Origin: Orbicella franksi
Lineage: Eukaryota
Direction: 5' to 3'
DNA length: 64,000 bases
Assembly: GCA_964199315.1 (NCBI GenBank)
Contig: OZ116699.1
Span: 16,306,001 to 16,370,000 of the forward strand
Position 1 is the first letter of the stretch. Each line of letters opens with the position of its first letter. This document shows positions 25,142 to 37,500 of this stretch, piece by piece. The position numbers were made by a program, and so were the translations under genes. The notes under the pieces were generated by a model, which did no database searches, was not told the origin of the DNA, and saw nothing but the letters and a program-made list of their open reading frames with translations.

Positions 25142-28100
25142 GTAGGTCCGCAAACAGGAACCGTACAATTTTGTCGAAGGTTGTTGGTTTCGTGGCGAGA
25201 TCACGTAAATTTGTATACATTCAGATTGTGTATAGCTTTACAGCTGCTCTCATAGAGATGCTCGTTAGAATGGTCCGCTGATGACGAATAAACAAACTTA
25301 TAGGAGTAAGGGATCGCACATACAACTTGTAATCAAACTCTTGCCAAAACTGGCCAGAATTTTGGAATTTGTAAAAAAATTGGCCGTTTAGGAAAATATG
25401 AATCGAAAATCTCGCCGTCGAGTTAGAATTTTTACATGCAACTGATTCAAAGTTTTTCGACTACACCATTTGTCTCAATTTTAACCATTCTATATCCCTT
25501 ATTATATGTGAAGCTGGCCAGTCCTTCATTTTTGTTGACAGTTTGAGTATTTATTTAGAAAGCTAACACAAGTATTCCCAGCGAGGAATGTCATGTTCTT
25601 GTATTGGAAAGTGCGGGGTGCGCTGAGTGAAGCCATTTGAAATCATGCACTGTTTGGTTCGCCGGGGTAACTGAATACTATTGTTTAATTTATTTATTTA
25701 CAACCCTTATTGATATATTTTTAAACCCGAACTATGAAATTAAAAAGCCCTAAAGAACATCCTGAGCGTAATTGAAAGTGAGTTTATACTGTAATTATCC
25801 AGAATGGTGCTGTTTTTAATTTCAATTTTTTTTACGTGCGGAGTTCGATCAACAAGCGTGATACATTTGTAAAGTAGCACAAGGAATTTAAATAGCTTTG
25901 TTTGATATTGGTTTTGGAATATGAAAAATTCCTCCTCGAGAATTACTGTTTTTGATATTTCCTTTACTGAAAAGCACCCCAAGGTTAATAGGAAGGTGTA
26001 TTTTGAATAACCTAAGAATCTGCAGCTGATTTGAACAATTATATCATGTGTATTCAATACATGACCTCCGGTGAAACGGTGAATAGCGAATGTTTTCGAA
26101 ATTCAGACGAGGTAAAAACGAAAATTGATGTGGTAATGTCCTTGACTAGCTTTTAATTCAGTTGCTCTTGTTACAGAAATGTTGACAAATTCAGCTTCGC
26201 GCTTGTCACTAGAACCGAAGGTTTTTTTTCCTTCTTAATTTCTGTTTCCGTGTCTTCAATGTAGATCATAAAGACGTGGAAGAAAACTTAATGTATTCAA
26301 AATTTCATCAGTCGGAGAAATAACCATCGCATATCAGCCCTTAGTGTTGACAGTTTTCTTTGAAACGATTCAGTATTAACTTTTTTTGCAAAACTGCGCG
26401 ACTCCAATCGACTTGTATTTTCGTCAGCATAAAGTATCAAAACGTTTTGAAACACAGTGAACCTGTTTTTGATTGAAATTAAGCACCCTGGAACAACGCA
26501 ATAGCAACACAAGACCGCCACAAAAAATCTCCCGGGCAATTTTCAATACCTTAGCTCTAGAAACGTTACCCAAAACCGAGTAATTGCGAAAAAACGAGCT
26601 CCTCCGCAGATCTGGTTTTCATTTGTATCCATTAAGTGGGGTTTCTTTCGAAAGGTATACCGTCCATTTCTATTTTTTTTTTTTTTTAATTGTGCTTTTT
26701 TAATTCTTCTGTCTGTAAGCGGATTGGAGAGTCGTTGATTAAATTGAAGTTCGAAAGTGCTCGATCAGGTTTACATTATTTCTGCACCTGTCGGTTTGCA
26801 TTAAATGAGGGAGAATATTTTTTTGTTTAATTTCGTTTGATTGTCAGTCGGTGCGTCTGTTGACATTCAAATTGTAAACATTCTATACGTCTTTATTAAG
26901 GTGCCTATGGGCTTTTAGATGAAATGTTTGCATTGCCTGAATGTAGAGTTTCAGCTATGTGAAGTACCCTGCGTACTGAGATGTCAAATCTTTCATGGCC
27001 CAAATATTCTACAATGTGAAAATAGTATAAAAGTCAAATGAATGCACCAACGTGACCCAGAAGGGACGCTCGGATTTATAATAGGGACTAGTTACTTGGC
27101 AAAGGTAGTTGGAAGAAGAAAAAGACAAAGAGACACACAAAGAGAAGGAGAATTGCCATTGTGTTCTTAATTCTTCTCTACCTTACAAAAAAGGACAATG
27201 ACATGGCGAGAACGAAATGGGATAATAGCTTTCTAGCCTTTCTGAATGGTCCACTACACAACAGAAAATCTTAAGGCTCTATGCTTCTGCCATTTTAGTA
27301 AGTTAAAATCGCGCCCAGAATGTTTCTACGTAGAGATCTAAAGATCCTTCTTTTTCAAAAAAGGCTTAAAAAAGTGGTTCACCGTGCTCGTTTTCGAGAT
27401 AATGCGCTTTGAAGACCGTGCGTTTTTAGGAGCTGCGGCTTTCGTTATTTTGAGACCATCTTAGCTTACAACTATCAGCAATACAAAAAGCTACGTTAGT
27501 GAAATTTAGATCACATAAATGTACTCAATTCAACAGAACTAAGTACATTAAGTAAACTTTTGCTGCTGATATCGTTCTTTGAGGTAGAATAGGCCTTGAA
27601 AAAGATTATATTTTAGGCTTGCCTGTCCTCATTTGAGGAAAACGTCGATCGCACGAGAGCAGAAAAGGCGAAATATTTGAAACTTCTCACTTACAAATTT
27701 CTTTCATTTTGTTCTTTTTAAACGTCGCTTTTTACATGCACCGAATCTAATTGCTGAATCAAGTGCATGTAAAATGCGACGTTTAAATCAATTAAATGCG
27801 ACATATTTCAATTAAATGCGAGTTCAGTCGAATATTCGACTGATCCAGTCGAATATACGACTGAAGTTCGACAGTTGATTTAAACGCCGCATTTTACATG
27901 TGCCGAATCTAATTCATAAACTATGTTAAATTATATTTTACCCATAACACAGTTTTGTGCTGCATGACATGCGCACAACAAGCTGAAGGGAATTTTTGGC
28001 GGCAGTTGCAGCAAGAGATGTGATGTATTATGTAGAAGGAAGGCTGTCGAAGATGCCAGTATGTGTAGTTCTTGCTTCGCTCCGATTGTGTAATGTAGTT

Positions 28101-31100
28101 ATGCAAAACCAATTAAGCTTAAGTTTCGTCCTTCAATCAAAAACCGCTCTGTGTTACATGACATGCGGAGTAGGAAAGCAATATGGCGACTGTTGAGTAT
28201 AATAGTGTGTGCGGTGGTTCTTACTTCTCTTCAGCAAAGTTATGTAGAAGATGGAGAACGAAGTCTATGAACTTGAATTTGAACAGGAGAGTGAAACGAA
28301 AATCAGAGTTTAAGAGGCAATGCACTGCCATCTGCATTATAAATCGCCCCATTCTGTTTGCTCGAATGGTGTTTGAAAGGTATGAATGATCTTAACGCAA
28401 AATGTGCTTCTTATCATTGTCAGCCGCATTGGTGGGAAACTTGGAGCGGTGTCAGCTGGGAATGAACACGTCGCTCGCGCTCAGCAATTTTATTCGGCAA
28501 AAAATGCGACGTTTAAATCAAATCAGCCGAACTTATTCATTCAAGTCGACTAAAACTAGTATTTGATTCGGCGCATGTAAAATGCGACGTTTAAACCGGG
28601 CCTTAGAGAGTAAACTGCAGGTGAAGTTAACGCAACCGGTACCAAGCTTCCTAATTTGGCCCCCCGAAAAAATTCTTTAGGGGCGAATGACGTCATCTCC
28701 ATGTTCGTCCATGTACTTTCTTTCGGGTGTTGTGCAATATTGCGGACTCTAGCGGATAAGTTGTTAGTTTGAAGTTAGTGTTAACGGCTCTTATTAACCT
28801 TACAGACTTGCAGCTGTCTTCACGAAATGTGTACGACTTTTCGTATGAACACAAAGCTGTAGTTTGACTGGTTGTTGTTTACCCTCTTCTCTTCGACCAA
28901 AACCAACGCTGCTTTCTGCTGAATATATCAACGAAGGATATGTGTAGTTTTACTTGGCTGGCCTAGATTTCTGTGCGCAAAATGTGCAACATAAACCCAG
29001 CGAAAGTGTTTACATAGGAAAAGAGTTCAACTCCCACAGGATTGCTTTGGTTCACCAACATGTCAGTCCGTCTCCGTCTCATTGTTTCGGAAATGAAAAT
29101 GCTCAATAGCTGTTCCCCCAAAGCCAAGGCGATTCAAAGTCGTGTTCGTAAACAGAATAATTGTCCTAGTGTTGGTAATAAAGCACGTCGTCTCGCATAC
29201 CGACGGAACAGGCAACGTTTGTGTCGATTTACACGGTCCGGAATCGCATGAGTTCCGGTCAGTATAAAACATGGACTGCGGACTGCGGTCTGCGGTCTGC
29301 GGTCTGCGGACTTCGGACTTCGAACTTCGGACGTCGGACTTCGGACTGTGTCTAAAACACGGACTGAGGTATGAAATGCGGACTAAGCATTACGGACTGG
29401 GTATAAAACACGGACTCAGGTATAAAACGCGGACTGCGGACTAAATGCGGCCTGCAGACTACAGTCCGTGTATTATACTGACCGGTCGTGACTAATATTA
29501 CGTAATACATGTATAAACGAAAACGAACCCACTCGTATGCACGTGCATACGATCAATTCATTTGTTTTCGCCCCTGCTGGAGGGAGGCCAATTTCACGTC
29601 TACTTAACAGCTCAGGCACAAAATGCTGTTCCGAGAATTTTTGCTTTTTTAACATACCAAACCTACCAATACTCGAACGCATCCTTTGATCTACGATTAC
29701 TACTAGTTTACCGAAATATTCCGTTTGGATGAAATTTTCCCAAAATGTCACATGGCTACCAAAGGATGAAGAAACCCGTTCATCTATTAGTAAATGTCAA
29801 TATCAGCTTCCATTTTTAAGAAAACGGCGTCATTTCTCTGCTGACAGTTCAATTTTGACCTGTTCTCAACTGTATTAGGTAACCCGGACAATCAATTGGT
29901 CTGTTTTGTACGTCTCGTATCAGACGAATAATGATATGTCTGTTTGATGCGTCATCCAGATACACTAAGTTGTTAAGTCGTCTGCCGTCGACTTGTTTTC
30001 AATATCATGTATAAAGTTAAAGTCTGTGTATAAGCCAAGTGGCTTATCAGGCCGGATCTTATCCCGGTTAATCCTGTAGCATGAAACGACTTGAAGTATT
30101 TCTACTCCCCCCTGGATGAGATGTTAGTCTATCGCAGGGTTACCCCCAGCATTAAATTCGCTCGTACCCATTTATACACCGGGGTGGAGAGAGGCACTGT
30201 GAAAGTGAAGTGTCTTGCCCCATAACACAACACGATGTCCCCAGCCAGTATGACGTGTAGCAAGACTTATTTTAAATCTTCTTGCCTTGATTTCCAGTTC
30301 CTCCTCAAGTGAAAAATTCTTCTCCTCCAAGGGTCGTCAAACCCGTTGGTGAAGAAGAAGTCAAACTGGTCTGTAACGTGAGAGATGCTCAGAACTACAC
30401 GTGGTATAAAAACGGTAAAGCCATTCTTCAATCGTCCGGACGTTACACAGTAAGGAGTAAGAGATTTCTACGAATAACCGGCCGCGTTCAAAAATCCGAC
30501 AGTGGAGTGTTTGTTTGCGTGGCAGCGAACAGTTATGGAAGTGCAAACTGCACCATAAGATTGATAGTTGAAGGTATAACTTTTTTTTTATCTAAGTGGC
30601 CGCAAACTTATTTACTAAAGGTATTTATACCATGCCATAAAAAAATACAACCAATCAGAGTGCAGGAAAGCAGTTGTATACTCGACGGTATTACGCCCAA
30701 CCTTTCCATCGTGCGTCGCGCGTATATCGCATGTGTTGTGCTGGTCACTGTATTTTTCCATGGCATGGTAAACCGTATAAAACAGTTATGCAGTGATTTC
30801 TCGTGGCCCACCATGGAACATCCAACTTGTTCCCAATATTTTCTTGGTATACACACTCACATAAAGGTTCGTGTGAGAAAATACAAGTGACCCATGGGAT
30901 ATTTCATGCTATACTACTCAAAAGTGTTGCATAACTAGTATGAACAGGCCTTACATTGTTTCTATTTTTAAGCATACAAAGTCTCCATACAAATCTCTAT
31001 AAATTTGGGTAAAAAATTTCTCCGCATATCTCGCATAAGAAAAATTGCTGTGACCAGAATTTTGGCGAGAGTCTTTGCATATTTACCTTCTTTCATTTCC

Positions 31101-34100
31101 CAGATTCTGGACTTTATCTATTGACCGGTTTTGATTTTTATTTTGATCTACTTTGAATTACGTGACACTGAAAACCAGCAATTGTTCATTGCTTTACCCC
31201 CCTCCCGTTCCTTCCAACAGCAACAACAACAACAACTTTTATTATGACTAGCATATTTACAATTTTGCAGAGCAAGTAAAAATTATCAATCTATCAGTTA
31301 TCCAATCTATCATCCCGCCCTGTAATTTTTTTCCTTTCCCAAGAAGTTTGAGAAAATAGTTTTTGCGTAAACTTACTCTCTGAACAGGACCGTAGCTGCT
31401 AACAGGGGGGAACCGAGGCACTTGCTTGGGTAAAGAAAAACATGTATGTGTTCTAGGTTTCTTTATGAGGCTAATGACCAAATGACGAGAACTCTTCCGC
31501 GATAGTATTTGATGATTAGTATATCTAACACGCTCATTTTGTTGATTTTCTCTTTATTTAGACCCAACAGTTTCACCTACGAACATTACAGGAGGTACAG
31601 CTTATTATTACATCCTCAGATTTAATTACAAATCTTTTATTTTCCATCACGGTCCAGTTGTTCGGAAGCCGATTAGCGCTAACCCAGGGTGACATGTTTA
31701 TCCGGGTTTCTTTTTCCTTTGTTCAAAAGCATTTTCTCCGATCATCAAATTCAAGACAAAGAATAAACTGAATTTGCTATTTAGGTCATGAATAAACAAG
31801 ACGAAGGACTTTCTGAAAGTCTATAACTAGTTGTACTTGATTAAAGAGAAGGAATTCTAATAATATCGCTTCTTTTTGGAATCTACATGTGGTGTTCTGA
31901 AAGAGTGGGAGAAATGCGTTATTCCCAAATGTGATTTAAGCATACATTTTGTTGCACATGTCCTGAATGTCCCGTATTACCAGCATCTGTGATGACTTTC
32001 AACATAAAATGAAAACCGCTCTAAATAAGAAATCTACTCTGTTCTATGCTTCTGTGAAGTTAAAAACGCTGTTTACTTGTCAACTTTACAGAAAAGCCAC
32101 AATTCCTTTATCCAACGAAAATGGAGGCGATAAAATCGGCTTATAAGGAAGGCGACAAGTTTACACTGACGTGCGAGGCCAAAGGTGTCCCAGCTCCGGT
32201 AGTCACGTGGTACAAGGATGACAAGGTGTTTCAAGGAAGACACAGAGCCGGCGAGTTTATAGCAACAAAGCAATACGACTACGTTATTAACTTCTTTGGA
32301 GTGGATATCGCTGATGAGGGGAATTACACATGCATCGTATCGAACATGTATGGCCGATTAACATATTCGTACAACTTTGACGTAATTGGTAAGTAGCACG
32401 GAACGTTGTTCTCTTTTCACTTTATAGAAGCGCAGTTTAAAAAATTCACTGTATAGAAGAAATCATGTAACCTGCGACCAGGCGTTCTTTTATTCTAATC
32501 TTCCGCTGCCGCGAAGAAAATTGAAACGCCTGAAGGTAAGTGTTTTGCGTCGTTCTGTGATTGGCTCAAAAGCCTCGCATGACACTCTTTGTAGCCAATC
32601 ATTGAGGGGAAGCATGCTGTTTGTTTTTTGTTTGTTTTGGTCAGGCTGTTGATTAGGAGAAAACCAACATCAATCCTGATTGAATGAGACGTTAGCACGT
32701 TTTTCCGCGTTAGCCTTTGTTGCCCACTACAGAGATCAGGTTTTAGTAATCAGTAGAATCGTGATGAAAGCGAGTTATATACTGACAATATTCCCAGATT
32801 TTCATTGTTTGTATTTGCGATTCATCTGTAAAATGATTGTTGTATTGTAATCTTTAAATTTGTAAATAAGTAAGAATCTCCAAAACATTGTGTGACGTTT
32901 GCGTGACACGTGCGTGACCCAGCACCTTTAGACAGTGCTACAAGGTAGTTATCAATCAATGTACGTGAATGTCATTACAGTCGAAGTCTTTGGCGAAGAA
33001 GCTATGCCTTTACACTGCCTTTTTTTCTCCTAAAGAGAAAATCCGCAGCGTTCCTCACATATTTATCATATGGGAACAGGAAGAACCTGTCTATGCTGGT
33101 AGCAACCTTGAACTGCACTGTATTGTACTCACAAAGGATCCCGATACTAGATATCGTTGGTATTACCGTGATTCTGACGTCCCGGATGACAAGAAGTTAG
33201 GCACTCTCATAAACCAGAGCCTGTACGAACTAACGCAGCGTCAAAACGGCGACCAAAATGGCCAAAATGGCCAACGTTGGCCAAAATGGGAGCTAAAACT
33301 GAAGTTGAAAAACGTGTCTGCGGCTGATTCCGGACAGTATGCATGTCAAGCTGAAAACGTTGTTGGTAATGATACACGGTTCACCCACCTCAATGTCACA
33401 ATCAGACCCATTACCCCGTCAGCAACAGGTATGTAAAGGAAAGTGTTTGACCGACGAGAATAAGCAATACTTTAGCCATAGTGCTCTACCGTAAGATCTC
33501 CTCGACGCAGTCCAATAGAAATCAATGCCAGCGGCTAACCTGTGAAATGCCGGACAGGTTGAGATGAGCCGGTCATGAAAACGCTGGCCGATCTCAGTAC
33601 GTCAATAACTCATTAAGCGTGCGCAATTTACAACATTCACCAAGAGATTTTTTAAACTGTTCAAATAGAATTCTTATTTGTTGACTAAGGTCGGACTAAA
33701 CTAAGAAATATTTGAGTCGATGACATTTCCCACCGACTTTGCAACCAAATGTCCATCCAACCAAATGTTTTTCTTCTGGACTTAGTACTAAGTCAATAAG
33801 CTAGGGTTTAGGAAAACCCCGCCTTACGAGCAGCTTAAGAAAGCTCAGTCGTTGACTTAACGTAAGTATTCTTGCGGATAAAGGACTGTGCAACAATTAC
33901 CAGGAGGGGGGCTGTAAAACCAGAAAGGGGGGGCGCACACCAAGTAAACTCATACCCTAAAGGAAAGGGGAGTAACGGTTACATGTAAACGTCTCTTTGA
34001 AAAGTAGGGTGGTGGTATCTCATTTTCTTATGGGCAAGATGACTTAAAGATTCGAATACCACTTATGTCTGACTAACAATGATACTCATTTATTTCTTGA

Positions 34101-34499
34101 ACTGTCTATAAAAGACAGGAATTGCACCGAGCTAAAATGCACTCCGGTTAGCCTAAACACCACTTTGGTTAGCCTAACCAACACCGCAGGTAGCCTATAT
34201 GGCAACATTGTTTGCCGGAGAAGCGCTCTGGTTAGCCTCCAGTGGTTTTGAGTCAGCGTTAGCTAAAATTAGAGCTTACTTGGGAATGGTTACTTGTAGG
34301 TCTTTGATAGGGTTGCAGTTCCCGTATTTAGCTGCATGTTTAACTGAATGTATTTAGCGGCCAGTTTTTCGTGACGTTTTTGTTGACTAGTTTCCTATAC
34401 AATTTATATATTGAAGATTGTCAGAATTGCGATGATTAGGGACGCGAGAGCAGTGTAAGGGAATCTGCAGGATTTAGCAGATTGATTGATGATCGATCC

Positions 34500-34542
<43 letters not shown>

Positions 34543-37500
34543 TGGCTAACTGGCTGATGATTGGTTAATTGAATGATTGATGATTAATTGATTGATTGAT
34601 TAGACTGACTAATGATTGATTGATTGTTTTGAATGACCTATGACTGATTGAATGACTGACCGACCGACCGACCGACCGACCGACCGATCGATCGACCGAT
34701 CGATCGATCCATTTATTAATTCGCAGTTTTGAATAGATAAAGTGTCTGTCTCTATTTAACAAGTTTGTTTTCATATTTTTCTCAGGTGCGCCAGTGATCA
34801 CCACTCTGGTAGATACGCGTACCCCTGCCTCAAAACATGCGCAGTCAGATCCACCTTTATTAACACCGCTGGAGATCGGCCTGTTTGTCGCGGGCGCCGT
34901 CATCATGATAGTGTTGATCGTCGCTGTCCTTTGCGTCTGTATACACATGAAGAAACGTAGGAAGAGTATGAAGCTACCGGACGCTAAATACGACGTTGCT
35001 AGGGAAAGTGTTGTCATTGAACCACAAAGTTTCTCCCGAAGGACGGCATCTATGTCCTCGACTGGATCAGCGGCAGCTTTGTTCATGCGACAGAGGAGTA
35101 TTCGTGGTCGCCTGGAGTCGAGGCTAACACAGGTAAGGACTGGTGATGAACAATTTAAATAGCTCATAGGTAACGCTGTGGTGTTTTGGGTTAAAGGATG
35201 AGTTAAAGGACGAGTTTGGAATGGGTGTTTAAATTAGAATAATTCCATTGAATGGTGTAAAATTAGAACTTGAATGTTAATCATGTGACGGACCGTAGAA
35301 AATGCTGCAAGTGCACGTGAAAGAAGGAACCGATCAGATATTTAAGCAAACACCAACAAGTCAAACATGTTTATGATTGTTATCTTGCCTGTCTCACACT
35401 CATGTGACTCTCTTTAGGTGTCGGAAATCGAGGTGCCGTATGACGAGGCTTGGGAGCTGGATAGAAGCCAGTTGGTTTTCTCTGAGATACTGGGCGAGGG
35501 AGCGTTTGGCCGAGTTCTTAAAGCAGAAGCTCTTGGTCTGGGTTTCACGGTAGCTGTCAAGATGCTAAAAGGTGAATAAAGTGACCAGTAGACCTGGTAA
35601 TCTGGCATTCCCTTCCGCTAATTCTCAACCGACTAACTGAGGGACTAACTCTTTCCCGGGATCTTACTCAGAATAAGCGCTCGCCGAGGAGAGAACCATC
35701 TTAGTTTCCAAGACTACACGTGGTTTCAAAACAGATCCATTTTAGTTTTGTTACATGGTTGCTTATCGTCGTCATATCTTTAGTTTCTGAGTTTACGCTC
35801 ATTTCCCTTCTTTCCTTTTTCCTCTACATGTATGCATTTTCCTTTCAACATGGTACGACCACTTAGCTAAGAGTAACTTGTTGTATTTAAAGGCATTAAT
35901 TACAGTAACGGAATTTCCGCGTTATACAGGTCTGGATTTAGTTCTTATCAAAGACTGGGTGAGAGCACGATCCGGCAAGGCTTTGAAACACGACCGAAGA
36001 AATACCATACCCCTCGTTACTTTAAGAGTCTTGTTCAATTCAAAGATTCCTTTTTAAACTTCATCAGTGTTACCCGTAGAATGTAAAGGTGCCTTCACGT
36101 TCGTGATTCACAAAGATGGCCTTCGCCACTATTTCCTTCTGAAGCAAGGTAATTTCAAGTAATAGGGCTTCTTCGAGATCCAAATCCAAGATGGCGGTTA
36201 CTTCGCTAGTTAGTGTTACTGTCTTGAAATGAAAGTACTCATTTGAGGTTAAGCACACGATCATGCTATCAATTTCATTGTAACTTATCGTTGCAATTTG
36301 CAGAGGATGCAACAGATCAAGAATTAATGGATTTGGTGTCAGAGATGAAGGTGATGAAAACAATAGGAAAACACAAGAACATCATTAATTTATTGGGAGT
36401 CTGCACTCAGGAAGGTAATGTTCCTCCATCTCTTGCGATACAAGGTTCCTTTGCACCATTTACGGGGTATATAGATTTCTTTGGTTGTCTTTTATTCGTT
36501 AATTAAGCCCGCACCATTTTGAATGTCTGGAACCGAAACACCTTTGGAAAATGGACAGGTACATGTGACTGGAAGTTCTGAACATTGCTCAGTCCCAGAC
36601 CTTGCATTACAGACTCCGAATGAAACAAGATAGATGCGGCTTGGCAAACAAAAACAAACAAAATACATAGCACAAAATACACGATACAAAACAGTACCGA
36701 CTTTACCTTAAAAAGAAGCAGCGTGGAGGGGTTAGGAATTGTAGTTCTAAGCAGGTTTCCGTAGGCAATAGACAAGTTTGACTTGTCGGAATAGGAGGTA
36801 CTGATGAAAGCTAGTGTTGGTGGGCGAATTATGTTATAGTTTTCACCTCACGTTAGCTATGGCTGGGGCGGATCTAGGGGGGGGGGTGGGTTCGGGGGAT
36901 TCGGTCGAACCCGGTCGAACCCCCTTACTTAAAAAAGAAAATTGAGACGTTATAACTAGCTGACTTGGCCTCAAAATGCCGGAAATCCCTTTTATCCGAG
37001 GACATCAATTTTAATAATTTTCTGCGTGAGGATGCTCCAAGAGCCCCAACAGAGGACCTCCTTCGGCAGTCCGTACCTCGAACCCTCTTCTCTAAAATCC
37101 TCTATCCGCCTCAGTTAGGTATTTAGTAAAACTTTGAAACCTGCACTTCAGTAATAATGATAATTGCGAAAATTATCACTCTCGGGCATACAGCTTTTCA
37201 TTTTAGTTTTCTCTTGCTGGTGAATTTGGAAAGGAAAACCTGCCCTTTTTTCCAGGCTTTGTGTCATTCTTGCCTCTTGTTTTCAGGCCCCTTGTTTGTT
37301 GTGGTAGAATACGCGGCCCTTGGCAACCTGCGTCAGTTCCTACAAGAAAGAAGACCTGGGTTAGAATATCATGATGATGTTGATGCCCAGTCTCCGAAGC
37401 AACTCACTGTTCAAGATCTGCTATCTTTCTGTTATCAAGTAGCAAAGGGAATGGAATTCCTCTCATCAAGGAAGGTAAATACTTCACTTATTCAACACTG

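Noticed and set aside
28163-28270. Signal-peptide-like [29 protein letters not shown] as an alternative FGFR first exon
   Set aside because: There is no phase-1 GT donor to join D1, it stops in frame, and it lies inside a TIR element.
29270-29460. Regular short repeats (also (ACAGGTC)n at 8680 and 9800) as a CRISPR-like array
   Set aside because: 7-bp tandem units with no unique spacers, enclosed in TIRs, in a eukaryotic intron.
30309-30890. 193-aa ORF running from D1 into the intron, with a hydrophobic stretch (possible D1-only membrane isoform)
   Set aside because: A canonical donor lies at 30574, the sister copy has TAA at 5350-5352, and the extension overlaps repeat-like intron sequence.
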